NCBI GenBank assembly: GCA_033791585.1
Contig: JASJGK010000145.1
Coordinates: forward strand, 1 to 53,541
Direction: 5' to 3'
Length of the DNA: 53,541 nucleotides
DNA from: SAR324 cluster bacterium
GTDB taxonomy: Bacteria; SAR324; XYD2-FULL-50-16
The translations under genes and the position numbers were made by a program. Under the pieces are notes generated by a model. That model ran no database searches, was not told the origin of the DNA, and saw only the letters and a list, made by a program, of their open reading frames with translations. This document shows, piece by piece, positions 30,322-40,063 of this stretch. Within the stretch, counting starts at the first letter, position 1; each line of letters begins with the position of its first letter.

Positions 30322-31476
30322 ATGATAGAAAAAGGATTAACAGGCAGTAAAACCTATATGACATGGCTAGGGCTTTTGGGCTCTCTCATGGCAGTGGGTG
30401 CCTATGGTTATAAACAACAACTAGACTATGGTCTAGGGATAACAGGCATGGGCCGTGATATCTCTTGGGGTATCTATGTTGCGCAGTTTACCTTTATGGT
30501 AGGCGTTGCAGCGTCAGCGGTTATGTTGGTTTTACCCTATTACCTCCACAATTTTAAAGCTTTTGCTAAGATTGTAGTTTTAGGTGAATTCCTAGCCGTT
30601 TCAGCTGTGGTTATGTGTATTTTATTTATTTTTGTGGATCTAGGTAAGCCTTCACGAATTTTAAACGTGATGCTTTACCCCACCCCACATTCCATGCTTT
30701 TTTGGGATATGTTGGTGCTCAATGGTTACTTGATTCTCAATACCCTTTGTGGGCGAGTGGTCTTAAAAGCTGAAAGGCAACAGGTTCCACCTCCGAAATG
30801 GATCAAGCCTTTTATTTTGCTTTCTATTCCCTGGGCATTTTCTATCCACACAGTAACTGCATTTTTATTTGCAGGGTTGCCTGGTCGCCACCTTTGGCTT
30901 ACAGCCATCTTGGCACCAAGGTTCTTAGCCTCAGCATTTGCGGCAGGCCCAGCTTTGCTGATTCTGTTAGCCTTGTTAGTGAAAAGAATTGCAGATTTTG
31001 ATGCGGGGAAAGCAGCCTTTGATAAATTGATTACCATCGTAACTTACGGGTCTATTGCGAATTTCTTTTTTATCGGTTTGGAATTCTTTACAGCATACTA
31101 CAGTAACATCCCTAGCCACATGCACAGCTTAGAATATTTATATTTTGGGCTAGATGGTAAAACTGCTTTAGTGCCTTTTATGTGGACCTCCACATTTTTA
31201 GGCCTTGGTGCCATTGGCTTATTCTTATACCCCAAGACACGTGATAACGAGACTTTACTGGCCATTGCCTGTGCTGGCATCTTTATTTCTCTCTGGATAG
31301 ATAAGGGCATTGGCTTAATCATCGGTGGTTTTGTCCCTAATGCGTTTGAAGAAGTGATAGAATATCAGGTTACAGGAGTAGAAATTTCCATTGTTGTGGG
31401 CATTTGGGCCACTGGTATTTTTGTCTTGTCCGTGTTATTCAAGAGTGCAATCGACATTAAAAAAATTCACGAATAG
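30322..31476 (+). CDS. dsrP: DsrP (NrfD/PsrC-like integral membrane quinone-interacting subunit)
   Basis: 384 aa with about 10 TM and an NrfD-like pattern. Last member of the dsrMKJOP order. Confidence 0.85.
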   Translation: MIEKGLTGSKTYMTWLGLLGSLMAVGAYGYKQQLDYGLGITGMGRDISWGIYVAQFTFMVGVAASAVMLVLPYYLHNFKAFAKIVVLGEFLAVSAVVMCILFIFVDLGKPSRILNVMLYPTPHSMLFWDMLVLNGYLILNTLCGRVVLKAERQQVPPPKWIKPFILLSIPWAFSIHTVTAFLFAGLPGRHLWLTAILAPRFLASAFAAGPALLILLALLVKRIADFDAGKAAFDKLITIVTYGSIANFFFIGLEFFTAYYSNIPSHMHSLEYLYFGLDGKTALVPFMWTSTFLGLGAIGLFLYPKTRDNETLLAIACAGIFISLWIDKGIGLIIGGFVPNAFEEVIEYQVTGVEISIVVGIWATGIFVLSVLFKSAIDIKKIHE

Positions 31477-31492
31477 GACTCAATAGAGCAAT

Positions 31493-31906
31493 ATGGAATT
31501 TAGCAAAAAAGAAGTAATCTTAGCTATTAGCTTTTCCGAAAGCGTACAGTTTATGGCCAAGATGGTAAATGAACAAACCAGAGAGTTAGCCTTCGATCAC
31601 ACCCCTTATCCTGCGTCTTTTAGTGAGGATATGATTGGTGAAATCGACTTTGTTATCCAGTATTATTTCAGACAAGTCTTTAATGGTGACTTAGACCCAG
31701 AAGAACCCCTAGTAGGTGCACCTGTGTTTGATGATCCAATCGATGACTTAAACTTTAAACTGGATCACTATAAGCCTGAATTTATTTTAGAGTTGAAAAA
31801 GACTTTAGAAGTGCAGGATGCTAGAACAATGAACAACTACGCACAGGAAATGTTAAAATTTGCTGTGGAAAAGAAGAAGAAAACTTCTGAGAAAGAAACT
31901 AAATAG
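31493..31906 (+). CDS. Hypothetical acidic protein, co-transcribed with dsrP
   Basis: 137-aa ORF 16 bp after dsrP and upstream of the operon terminator. No TM, no Cys, lysine-rich tail. No family recognised. Confidence 0.5.
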   Translation: MEFSKKEVILAISFSESVQFMAKMVNEQTRELAFDHTPYPASFSEDMIGEIDFVIQYYFRQVFNGDLDPEEPLVGAPVFDDPIDDLNFKLDHYKPEFILELKKTLEVQDARTMNNYAQEMLKFAVEKKKKTSEKETK

Positions 31907-31976
31907 TTGAGTTTAGATTAGTTTAATCTAATTTAGAATAGTTTAGTTCGAAAAATTAGAAGTGAAGTGAGAGATT

Positions 31977-32004
31977 AAAAAGAGGCGAAAGCCTCTTTTT
32001 TTTT
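31977..32004. terminator. Bidirectional intrinsic terminator (dsr operon versus rhlE)
   Basis: Stem AGAGGC/GCCTCT (31981-31986 / 31991-31996) with a GAAA loop. An A-run lies upstream and a T8 run downstream. Confidence 0.75.
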
Positions 32005-32428
32005 GTCTTTTTTGCAACATGAAACTCACACTCCCCACCCAGCCAACTCGCTGCGGCACTCAGGTTCATGTTTTTTCTAAAAACTTGGGGCTTATAACCA
32101 ATAACTTCCAACTGCCCATTACCCCCAATCTGCACCAAGTGAAATATCTCTGCTACAGTTCCCCTGCCTTTTGATTAGCTATTTATTGCATTGATATTAA
32201 GCAGCAATCATCTCAATCGACCCTTTTCTAGGGGATGATGGCGCATTTGGATAGAAAAACTGGGAAAATTCGAAGCTGGTAACTGAGTTGGAAAAAGGAT
32301 TTGGACTTCAGCCAAAGATCTGACTATCGTCAAAATTGAACGGTTCAATCGTTAATATAATTGTATTGTTAGGCGATTCTCGAACTTGCGGCATCGATTT
32401 ATCAATAGTCTGTATTGCTAGGGAGCGG

Positions 32429-33712
32429 CTATTTATTCCCGTACTTTTTATGGTGGTTATTGATATTAATATTGGCTTGCTGGTGGGGCCTAGGTTTTGC
32501 CTTGGGTTGATCACCGCCTTTTTGGGTTGCTCTTTTCAAGTTGGAAATATCCAAACTTTGAAAACCTAAGGCAAGCCAGTCCACTTTATGGAGGTCGGCA
32601 GTGGGTAGAGGCACTTGGATCAAGTCCTCAATATTTTGAATCCTCTGGCTCTCTTTAGAGGTGCAAAATGTAAGTGCCACCCCCTCCTTGCCAGCTCGAC
32701 CCGTACGGCCAATACGGTGGACGTAAGCCTCGGCCTCCATGGGGGCATCATAGTTGATAACATGGCTGACTTGATCAATATCCAAACCTCTTGCGGCTAC
32801 ATCGGTGGCGATCAAAATTGTCAGCTCGCTCTTTCGAAACTCCTTCATGATCTCTGCCCGCACCTTTTGATCTACATCTCCATGGATCACTTCGCATTCG
32901 ATATTTGCATCGATCAAGTCGTCGGCAAGCCTGTCGGCTTCCATTTTGGTTCGACTGAAAACCAGGGCTTTGGTGGTTTCTTTCTGATTTAAAATTTCTA
33001 GCAGGAGGCTAAATTTTAAGGCTGGTGTGAGCTTGATCACTTGCTGCTGAATCCTCTCCACCACGCTGGATTCTGGTGTCACTTCAACCTTCACCGGATC
33101 AACCAAAAACTCATTCGCTAAGGTCAGGACGGCCTTGGGCATGGTAGCCGAGAAAAAAATATTCTGTCGATTTTTAGGTAGTAAACTGATAATATTGCGG
33201 ATGGGGCCGATAAACCCCATATCCAACATTCGATCGGCTTCATCCAGAACTAAACTTGTAACTTGGTCGAGTTTGACGTGTCCTTGGTTGATCAAGTCTT
33301 CCAAGCGGCCTGGGGTCGCCACAACGATATCAGGCCCCGCTTTAAGGGCCTTGATCTGGTTGTGGGACTTGATACCACCAAATATAATGGCAACCTTGAG
33401 GCCCGTACCCTGGCTGTAACTGCGGATATCCCTATGGATCTGGCTGGCCAGCTCCCTAGTGGGGGCAAGGATCAGGCTGCGAAATTTACCGGGGCGCATC
33501 TTCATCTTTTTTTCGCCCAATTTTTGAACAATGGGAAGGGCAAAGGCGGCCGTTTTTCCCGTGCCTGTTTGGGCTATCCCCATAAGGTCTTTCCCCTCTA
33601 ATAGAGGGCCAATGGATTGCGCCTGGATGGGGGTAGGTGTAGTGAAATTCATCTCCACAAGGTTCTCTTCCAGTTGGGTAAGGAAACCAAAGCTTTTAAA
33701 GTCGGTAGTCAT
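32429..33712 (-). CDS. rhlE: DEAD-box ATP-dependent RNA helicase (RhlE-like)
   Basis: Q-motif region, AQTGTGKT, PTRELA, LVLDEADRMLD, SAT, HRIGRTGRAG. Basic C-terminal tail. Confidence 0.9.
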   Translation of the reverse strand: MTTDFKSFGFLTQLEENLVEMNFTTPTPIQAQSIGPLLEGKDLMGIAQTGTGKTAAFALPIVQKLGEKKMKMRPGKFRSLILAPTRELASQIHRDIRSYSQGTGLKVAIIFGGIKSHNQIKALKAGPDIVVATPGRLEDLINQGHVKLDQVTSLVLDEADRMLDMGFIGPIRNIISLLPKNRQNIFFSATMPKAVLTLANEFLVDPVKVEVTPESSVVERIQQQVIKLTPALKFSLLLEILNQKETTKALVFSRTKMEADRLADDLIDANIECEVIHGDVDQKVRAEIMKEFRKSELTILIATDVAARGLDIDQVSHVINYDAPMEAEAYVHRIGRTGRAGKEGVALTFCTSKESQRIQNIEDLIQVPLPTADLHKVDWLALGFQSLDISNLKRATQKGGDQPKAKPRPHQQANININNHHKKYGNK

Positions 33713-34013
33713 AAGAGAGTAGGAGCCGAAGGCTCAAGAAATCAAGATATAGAGAAGTGTTGCTACAGGGCCAGGTTAGTTTGCTGACCCTAAATGGGAA
33801 GCTTTTAAGGTAGTCTCCACTGGCTCTAGTCAACTGGTACAGGTTCTTTTGCAACAGAGCAAGGACGAGATGCCACAAAGTAAGAACAAATTGGAAGATT
33901 ACCTCAACCTAATTTTTAAAGGCGAAATAATGCATAAAATTTGGATAGGGCAGAACCATTAAATAGATTTTACAAATCATTTTCTCAAATTTGAATGAGT
34001 TGATTTGCAATTT

Positions 34014-34042
34014 TGACAAGCTCTTGTATAAACAGTAAAATT
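34014..34042 (+). promoter_or_regulatory. Candidate sigma70 promoter (TTGACA-N17-TAAAAT) for the ABC transporter gene
   Basis: -35 at 34014-34019 and -10 at 34037-34042, 54 nt upstream of the ATG at 34096. Confidence 0.5.
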
Positions 34043-34095
34043 ACCAATTATAGATTCCCAATTCTACCATCAATCAAAAATCACCCGAAGACTAA

Positions 34096-35865
34096 ATGCC
34101 AGAAATCAACGAGCGCCCTAGCAAAAACTTAAAAATCCTTCTTTCAATCTTTAAGTTTGTACTACCCTACAAACTCAGAGTAACATTCGCAGGCATTGCC
34201 TTGGTCTGTACGGCTGGAATTTCTCTTTCACTGGGCCAGGGAATTAGAATTTTGTTTGATCAGGGATTTGTGGTGGGTACAGAAGAAAGTTTAGGCCAAG
34301 CAATTGGAATTTTATATACCATGGTATTATTGCTAGCCTGTGGAACCTTTATAAGGTTCTATCTCGTTTCTTGGATTGGGGAGCGTGTAACGGCGGATAT
34401 TAGAAATGCTGTTTTTAAGCATGTCATTGAATTGCATCCCAGTTATTTCGAAATTAACAAAAGTAGTGAGATACAATCTCGTATTACAACCGACACTACC
34501 CTGCTACAATCTCTAATTGGAACATCTGTGTCTCTGGCATTGAGAAACACCTTGATGTGTATTGGGGGGATCATTTTTCTTTTTTTCACAAATGCCAAAC
34601 TGACCATGTATGTTATGATTGCCGTTCCATTGGTGATCTTCCCTATTTTATTTTTTGGAAGAAGGGTCCGAAAATTATCAAAAAGCTCCCTCGATGAAAT
34701 TGCTCATGTAGGCTCTTTTGTGGGGGAGTCGCTTCAAAATATTAAAACGGTGCAAGGGTATAATCATCAGGAATTAGATATTCTAAAGTTTTCCGATCAA
34801 GTGGAGCTGGCATTCAAGGTTGCTATAAAAAGAATAAGCCAAAGATCATATATGACGGCAGTTGTGATGCTGCTTGTTTTTAGCGCTATTGTGTTTATGA
34901 TCTGGATGGGGGGAAAAGATGTATTGTCTGGTGGCATAACCCCGGGAGAGCTATTCGCATTCATTTTTTATTCAGTGATTGTAGGTTCCTCGGTAGGGGC
35001 TGTGAGTCAGGTGATAGGCGAATTGCAACGGGCTGCCGGTGCGACAGAAAGGCTAATGGAATTGTTACAGGCCAAAAATCTTATTTTACCTCCTGAGCAA
35101 AACAAGAAGAACTTAGATACGCATATAACAGGGGCAATTGAACTTAAGAATATCAGTTTTGCTTATTCTTCCAGACTAGAGACACCAGCTATTCAGAATT
35201 TAAGTCTATCTGTTGAAGCGGGGAAAAGCTTGGCCTTGGTCGGGCCTTCAGGGGGCGGCAAAACAACGCTTTTTGAATTACTTCTCAGGTTTTACGATGC
35301 GCAGGAAGGGGCCATTCTATTCGATAACATCAATATCAGGGATCTCGATCCAAAAAACTTGAGAAAACACATTGCAATTGTCCCCCAGCAACCTGCATTA
35401 TTCAGTGCAAATGTTTGGGAAAATATTCAATATGGAAATCCCAATGCCTCAAAGGAACAAATTCATGAAGCAGCAAAGGCCGCATATGCCACAGAATTTA
35501 TTGAGCAACTTCCAGAACAATATGACACCTACTTAGGTGAGTCGGGGGTAAGGCTTTCAGGTGGACAAAGGCAACGAATAGCCATCGCAAGGGCCATATT
35601 AAAAAATCCTGAGATACTTCTTTTGGATGAAGCAACCAGCGCATTAGACGCGCAAAGTGAGCAGATGGTACAAATGGCCTTGGATCATTTGATGGTAAAT
35701 AGAACAACCCTAATCATTGCCCACCGCCTGGCAACTGTAAAAAACGTAGACCAAATTGCTGTCATTGAGGCAGGGAATATCGTAGGCTTGGGAACCCACG
35801 AGGAATTAGTTAATAGCTCCCCACTTTATTCAAGGCTAGCAAAACTACAATTTAGAGGTGTTTAG
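34096..35865 (+). CDS. ABC transporter, fused permease/ATPase (ABCB/MsbA-type exporter)
   Basis: Six-TM N-terminal domain. Walker A GPSGGGKTT, signature LSGGQRQR, Walker B LLLDEATSALD, H-loop IIAHRL. Confidence 0.9.
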   Translation: MPEINERPSKNLKILLSIFKFVLPYKLRVTFAGIALVCTAGISLSLGQGIRILFDQGFVVGTEESLGQAIGILYTMVLLLACGTFIRFYLVSWIGERVTADIRNAVFKHVIELHPSYFEINKSSEIQSRITTDTTLLQSLIGTSVSLALRNTLMCIGGIIFLFFTNAKLTMYVMIAVPLVIFPILFFGRRVRKLSKSSLDEIAHVGSFVGESLQNIKTVQGYNHQELDILKFSDQVELAFKVAIKRISQRSYMTAVVMLLVFSAIVFMIWMGGKDVLSGGITPGELFAFIFYSVIVGSSVGAVSQVIGELQRAAGATERLMELLQAKNLILPPEQNKKNLDTHITGAIELKNISFAYSSRLETPAIQNLSLSVEAGKSLALVGPSGGGKTTLFELLLRFYDAQEGAILFDNINIRDLDPKNLRKHIAIVPQQPALFSANVWENIQYGNPNASKEQIHEAAKAAYATEFIEQLPEQYDTYLGESGVRLSGGQRQRIAIARAILKNPEILLLDEATSALDAQSEQMVQMALDHLMVNRTTLIIAHRLATVKNVDQIAVIEAGNIVGLGTHEELVNSSPLYSRLAKLQFRGV

Positions 35866-36141
35866 CCTGAGTTACCTAAAATCACCACTCAGAGCGACTT
35901 GGAAAGGGAAAATACAGAACTAACTACATGGCTGCTGTGATTTATAGGGGGGCGAACTAACTTCCCTCAGCTGGGTAGGTTGGCGCTCTTATGATAGTCA
36001 AGAGCAAAGGATTTGTATTTATTTGAAATACCAAAATTTAGGCTTTAAATTTAAACTAAAAATCAAAACTCAAATTAAGGTAAGTTACTGGTGGGTTTTT
36101 AAATCTAGGATTATGGTCCTTGTGAACGCAAAATATTGAGC

Positions 36142-36171
36142 AAAAAAAAAGAGGCGTGAGCCTCTTTTTTT
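36142..36171. terminator. Bidirectional intrinsic terminator (ABC gene versus soe/dsrEFH operon)
   Basis: Same 6-bp stem AGAGGC/GCCTCT (36150-36155 / 36160-36165) with a GTGA loop, flanked by A9 and T7 runs. Confidence 0.75.
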
Positions 36172-36240
36172 GGGTTTGTTTTAAGAACCAACTACAAATG
36201 ATAAACCACCACCAGATAAAATCCAGTGCTCAAGAAAAGA

Positions 36241-37116
36241 TTACTCTACTTGCGCCTGCATTTTAGCAAGTAAGCCTCTAGTTATTTCCACTTGGTCCAA
36301 CCAAGTTTGGCAGCTAGGCAGTTTGATCGCTTTCAGCTCATCGCTCCATTCCTTGGTTACTTCCTGCAAACCACTCAGCAAAGGGATAGCTTTACTATAA
36401 TCAATGGATGAGAAAATTAAACTAGGTAGGATCTGTGATCGTGTGCCAAAACCAAAGGGAACCTCTAACTGGTTAGCCAACTTTTTTAATCTGAATTGCG
36501 TCAAATAAAAGCCACAAAGCCCAGGGGTCAATAGATATTTCGCAATATCTTTCAAGCCTGTTTCAGGGTTTTCTAAGATCTCTTGCTCTAGCTTGGGCAA
36601 CTCAGGGGGAAAAAGCCCTGGATTTAGCTCTTTATATAGCTTTTGGCTTACATCTAGAAGATGGTTAGCTAAGTGGCTAAAAAAGAAGTTCTCTGTCTGT
36701 TTTAAGGCAATAGCAAAGATCGGTAACCAAGTTAAAACCTGAGAAGATAGAAATTGACCAGCTTCGGCCTTTCGGCCCTCTTTGAGTAGGACAATTAAAT
36801 AGGAAATTTCTGTAGCGATATGGTCAGGGGTGCCTTTTGGGTACCAGTGGCCAGCTCGATAAGCATCGTTAACATGTTCAAAAGCATCGCCGCCCATTTG
36901 ACCCAGTTCATCGAAATAAACTGAGGCATAGGGGGAAACTTCAAGACCAAGAGCCTGATAATGGTCTGCACCAAATTCGTCTCTTGGGTCATCGAATTCT
37001 TGGTATCTTTGATTCCAAGATTCGATTAGGGGGGAAGAGTCGAAATTTTCGGGAATTCGACCCTCTAAAAGTTCTGCAATAATGCAAAGTTCTTGCAACA
37101 TATTATTAGCGACCAA
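36241..37116 (-). CDS. TorD/NarJ-like molybdoenzyme chaperone domain protein with an extra C-terminal region
   Basis: The N-terminal ~140 aa have the TorD-family pattern, including PDHIATEISYLIVLL. 11-bp overlap with the upstream molybdoenzyme gene. C-terminal ~150 aa unassigned. Confidence 0.5.
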   Translation of the reverse strand: MVANNMLQELCIIAELLEGRIPENFDSSPLIESWNQRYQEFDDPRDEFGADHYQALGLEVSPYASVYFDELGQMGGDAFEHVNDAYRAGHWYPKGTPDHIATEISYLIVLLKEGRKAEAGQFLSSQVLTWLPIFAIALKQTENFFFSHLANHLLDVSQKLYKELNPGLFPPELPKLEQEILENPETGLKDIAKYLLTPGLCGFYLTQFRLKKLANQLEVPFGFGTRSQILPSLIFSSIDYSKAIPLLSGLQEVTKEWSDELKAIKLPSCQTWLDQVEITRGLLAKMQAQVE

Positions 37117-40057
37117 ATGGCTTTTCAGGAAGTACGTAGGCTTCTTTCGTTGGCTTCAATGGTCTATTATACCACATTGGCCGTCTTGTGCCATCGGGGC
37201 TATGATCGACAGCAGAACGAGTTTTAGCAACCCACTTCTGATATACTTCCATGGACTTGTTGGTGTCAACCCAAACATCTCCATAAGAATCTGTTGCCTC
37301 GGCTTTTTTTACATTAAGCGCTTTTTGGTGCCAGCAATGGGCGCCACTGACTGGGTCAGGCTGAGCTGCGTGAGTTAGATTTTGGTTTACACCAACATCT
37401 TCCCACCAAACTCGACTGGTGTCAGGGTCCCAAGACTTCCAAGGTTTACCCATTTGTTTGATTTTAAGGGTGCACTCACCGTTTTCTTTTTCTTCAATAT
37501 CAACAACCGAAGCCATACCTGAGCCAATTCCTTGGCCAGTTGCGGCTGTTCCACTGGTCTTCCAGCGGCCGAGGTGGTGAGAACAGGCAACAACACCAGG
37601 CTTAATGCCTTCTGTCACAAATGCCTTATCTACAAAGTAACCAATCTCGGTTTCTACCCTTACGAGTTCACCAGCGGCAACGCCAATTCTTTTTGCGTCA
37701 CTAGGGTGAATCCAAAGTGGATTGTTGTGGCTAATTTCATATAACCACTTACAGTTTGCACTTCTGGTGTGAATCAAAGTTGGCAGACGGAAGTTAGGTA
37801 GGAGAATCATCTCCCCCTTTTCTCGGTCTATGTGGCTTTGGTGCACGTGGGATTCTAGTTGCCAAGGAATAGTGTATTCCTTTTCAGGCCAGCCCCAGTC
37901 TTTCATAGTAGCACTGAAAAATTCTAACTTCTTTGACGGAGTATTGAACCCAACTGTTGCTACACCTTCAACCATGTTGCCTTTGACAACGCCTTTTTCA
38001 TCAACAGCTCTACCAGCTGCATCAGCATTGTATTTACCAACTAACTCAGCGGCAAAAGGCTGGTAATGATCTTTTTTCACTTCATAAACTGCATACCTGC
38101 GCATGTACTCTAAAGGAGTCAAACCTTCTTCTTTCGCCTTTTCAGGAAGCCCTGGTACAGAGTTTTCAAAAATCCACTGCCAGTACTCATTTTGAGTAAT
38201 GATTTCGCCTTCACGATAAGGGCTCATGAAGTGTTTTTTGATTCCTAAAGCACCGTCTTCATCCATTTTCACAGATAAGGCTGTCCAGAATTCTGCTTCT
38301 TCCCAGACTTCACCTGGGTTAGACTCATAGGTGTATTTAATATCAATGCCAGCTTTTTCCATGGCCACTCTACGTACAGGTTGCCTAAAAGCAATCCACT
38401 GGCCAGCGTGAGTCTCTTGACTCATTAAATCATGCCGTTCGCCTGCGTGGCCCATTGGAAGAATATAATCGGCATACCATGCTGACTCGTTCCAAGTAGG
38501 GGTTAAGGCAACGTGGCACTTCATTTTTTCTTCGTCTTGCAGAGCCTTCATCCACATAAACCCATCCGGGTTAATCCAAAGTGGGTTGTAGACACGAGTG
38601 AAGTAAACATCAATCTCGCCTCTGCCTTCTTCTAAGAAGTGAGGAAGTAAAAAGCTCATTTCATAAAATGACATTGGCCATTCATGGGGCATGTGCAATT
38701 CATTCCAAGTATCTGTGTGTGGCGGTTCGTCAAAAGGCTTAGGAACAAATTTGTTCCAACTATTGCCACTAACTCCACCTTTGTTGCCAACAGAACCAGT
38801 CAATACATTTAAAAAGAACAGGGTTCTTGCTACTTGCCAGCCACCTAAGTGAGCCATAGAAGCGGCACGCCATACGTGTGTGGAAAGTTTGCCTTCGGCT
38901 TCGCTTACGGCTATAGCCATATTCTCTAAAATCTTCGCATCAATCTGGCATTCTTTGGCAGCCATCTCAAAATTAAAGGGAGCATAGGTCGCTTTTAAAA
39001 ACTTATCAAAGGTATCATAGTCTTCTAGTAATTTCGCATCAGCGGCAATTGCCTGCTGTAGCGCTTTTAGGTCGGGAGTGTTTGCCAACTCGTTACTAGT
39101 TGAAAATTCTTTTAAAGTATCGGCCCAGTTAACCCAGTTCTTTACAAATTCTTTATCGTAAAGATCATTTTCCAGTAAATAATTGGCAATAGATAGGATC
39201 ATGGTCGGCTCACTACCTGGCCAAACTGGCGCCCAAATATCTGACTTGGATGCTGTGTTTGAAAGGCGAGGGTCAACTGTAATCAACTTGGCACCCTTCA
39301 TTTTAGCTTCAATAATTCGCTGGGCATGAGGGTTAAAATAATGACCTGTTTCTAAGTGCGAAGAAATCAATAAAATTGTCTTAGCATTAGAATAGTCGGG
39401 GCTTGGTCGATCAAAACCAGACCACTGGAAATAACCAGATCTGGCTGCAGCCGAGCAAATATTTGTGTGACTGTTGTGAGAATCCGTTCCCCAAGCCTTA
39501 ATGACTCGGTTGGTGTAATGATCTTCGCCAGGGCGACCAACATGGTAGCAAATGCCATCTTTTCGCTTCTTGCGACTTGCGGCCATTTTTTCACCGATTT
39601 CAGCTAAAGCTTCGTCCCAAGTGATGCGCTTCCATTTACCTTCACCACGTTTACCAACTCTTTTTAGAGGGTGCATGATGCGTTCTGGATCATAAATCTG
39701 GTTGTGGGTAGCTGGCCCTTTGGCGCAGTTACGGCCACGTGAACCTGGGTGCACGGGGTTTCCTTCAAATTTTCTGATCTCAAAATTTTGCTTATCTACA
39801 TAGGCTAATAAACCACAGGCAGACTCACAGTTAAAACAAACGGTAGGCACTAGCTGGTAATTTTTAGCAACTTGCTTGGGCCATGATTTAGCGTCCCATT
39901 CTGTCCAGTCATCCCAATGCTCACAGGGTGGGTGGCTGGTCATACGACCATCACCATGACGAATATGATTTAACTCTAAAGGTTTTTTATCGGAATCCAC
40001 AAAAGAGGGGACACCGTAAGCATGACCTGATGTTAGGTTTTCGTGTTTCTTGTCCAT
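37106..40057 (-). CDS. soeA: Cytoplasmic molybdopterin (bis-MGD) oxidoreductase catalytic subunit, SoeA-like (candidate sulfite:quinone oxidoreductase)
   Basis: 983 aa. N-terminal [4Fe-4S] motif CFNCESACGLL...GRNCAKG. Complex iron-sulfur molybdoenzyme (DMSO reductase family) fold. No RR/Tat signal in the first 60 aa. The size (~110 kDa) and missing signal match SoeA. High confidence for the Mo-oxidoreductase call, moderate for Soe. Confidence 0.65.
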   Translation of the reverse strand: MDKKHENLTSGHAYGVPSFVDSDKKPLELNHIRHGDGRMTSHPPCEHWDDWTEWDAKSWPKQVAKNYQLVPTVCFNCESACGLLAYVDKQNFEIRKFEGNPVHPGSRGRNCAKGPATHNQIYDPERIMHPLKRVGKRGEGKWKRITWDEALAEIGEKMAASRKKRKDGICYHVGRPGEDHYTNRVIKAWGTDSHNSHTNICSAAARSGYFQWSGFDRPSPDYSNAKTILLISSHLETGHYFNPHAQRIIEAKMKGAKLITVDPRLSNTASKSDIWAPVWPGSEPTMILSIANYLLENDLYDKEFVKNWVNWADTLKEFSTSNELANTPDLKALQQAIAADAKLLEDYDTFDKFLKATYAPFNFEMAAKECQIDAKILENMAIAVSEAEGKLSTHVWRAASMAHLGGWQVARTLFFLNVLTGSVGNKGGVSGNSWNKFVPKPFDEPPHTDTWNELHMPHEWPMSFYEMSFLLPHFLEEGRGEIDVYFTRVYNPLWINPDGFMWMKALQDEEKMKCHVALTPTWNESAWYADYILPMGHAGERHDLMSQETHAGQWIAFRQPVRRVAMEKAGIDIKYTYESNPGEVWEEAEFWTALSVKMDEDGALGIKKHFMSPYREGEIITQNEYWQWIFENSVPGLPEKAKEEGLTPLEYMRRYAVYEVKKDHYQPFAAELVGKYNADAAGRAVDEKGVVKGNMVEGVATVGFNTPSKKLEFFSATMKDWGWPEKEYTIPWQLESHVHQSHIDREKGEMILLPNFRLPTLIHTRSANCKWLYEISHNNPLWIHPSDAKRIGVAAGELVRVETEIGYFVDKAFVTEGIKPGVVACSHHLGRWKTSGTAATGQGIGSGMASVVDIEEKENGECTLKIKQMGKPWKSWDPDTSRVWWEDVGVNQNLTHAAQPDPVSGAHCWHQKALNVKKAEATDSYGDVWVDTNKSMEVYQKWVAKTRSAVDHSPDGTRRPMWYNRPLKPTKEAYVLPEKPFGR

Positions 40058-40063
40058 GGTGAT

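Noticed and set aside
31956-32138. 60-aa minus-strand ORF downstream of the dsr operon
   Set aside because: It spans the intrinsic terminator hairpin and T-run. No SD and no similarity.
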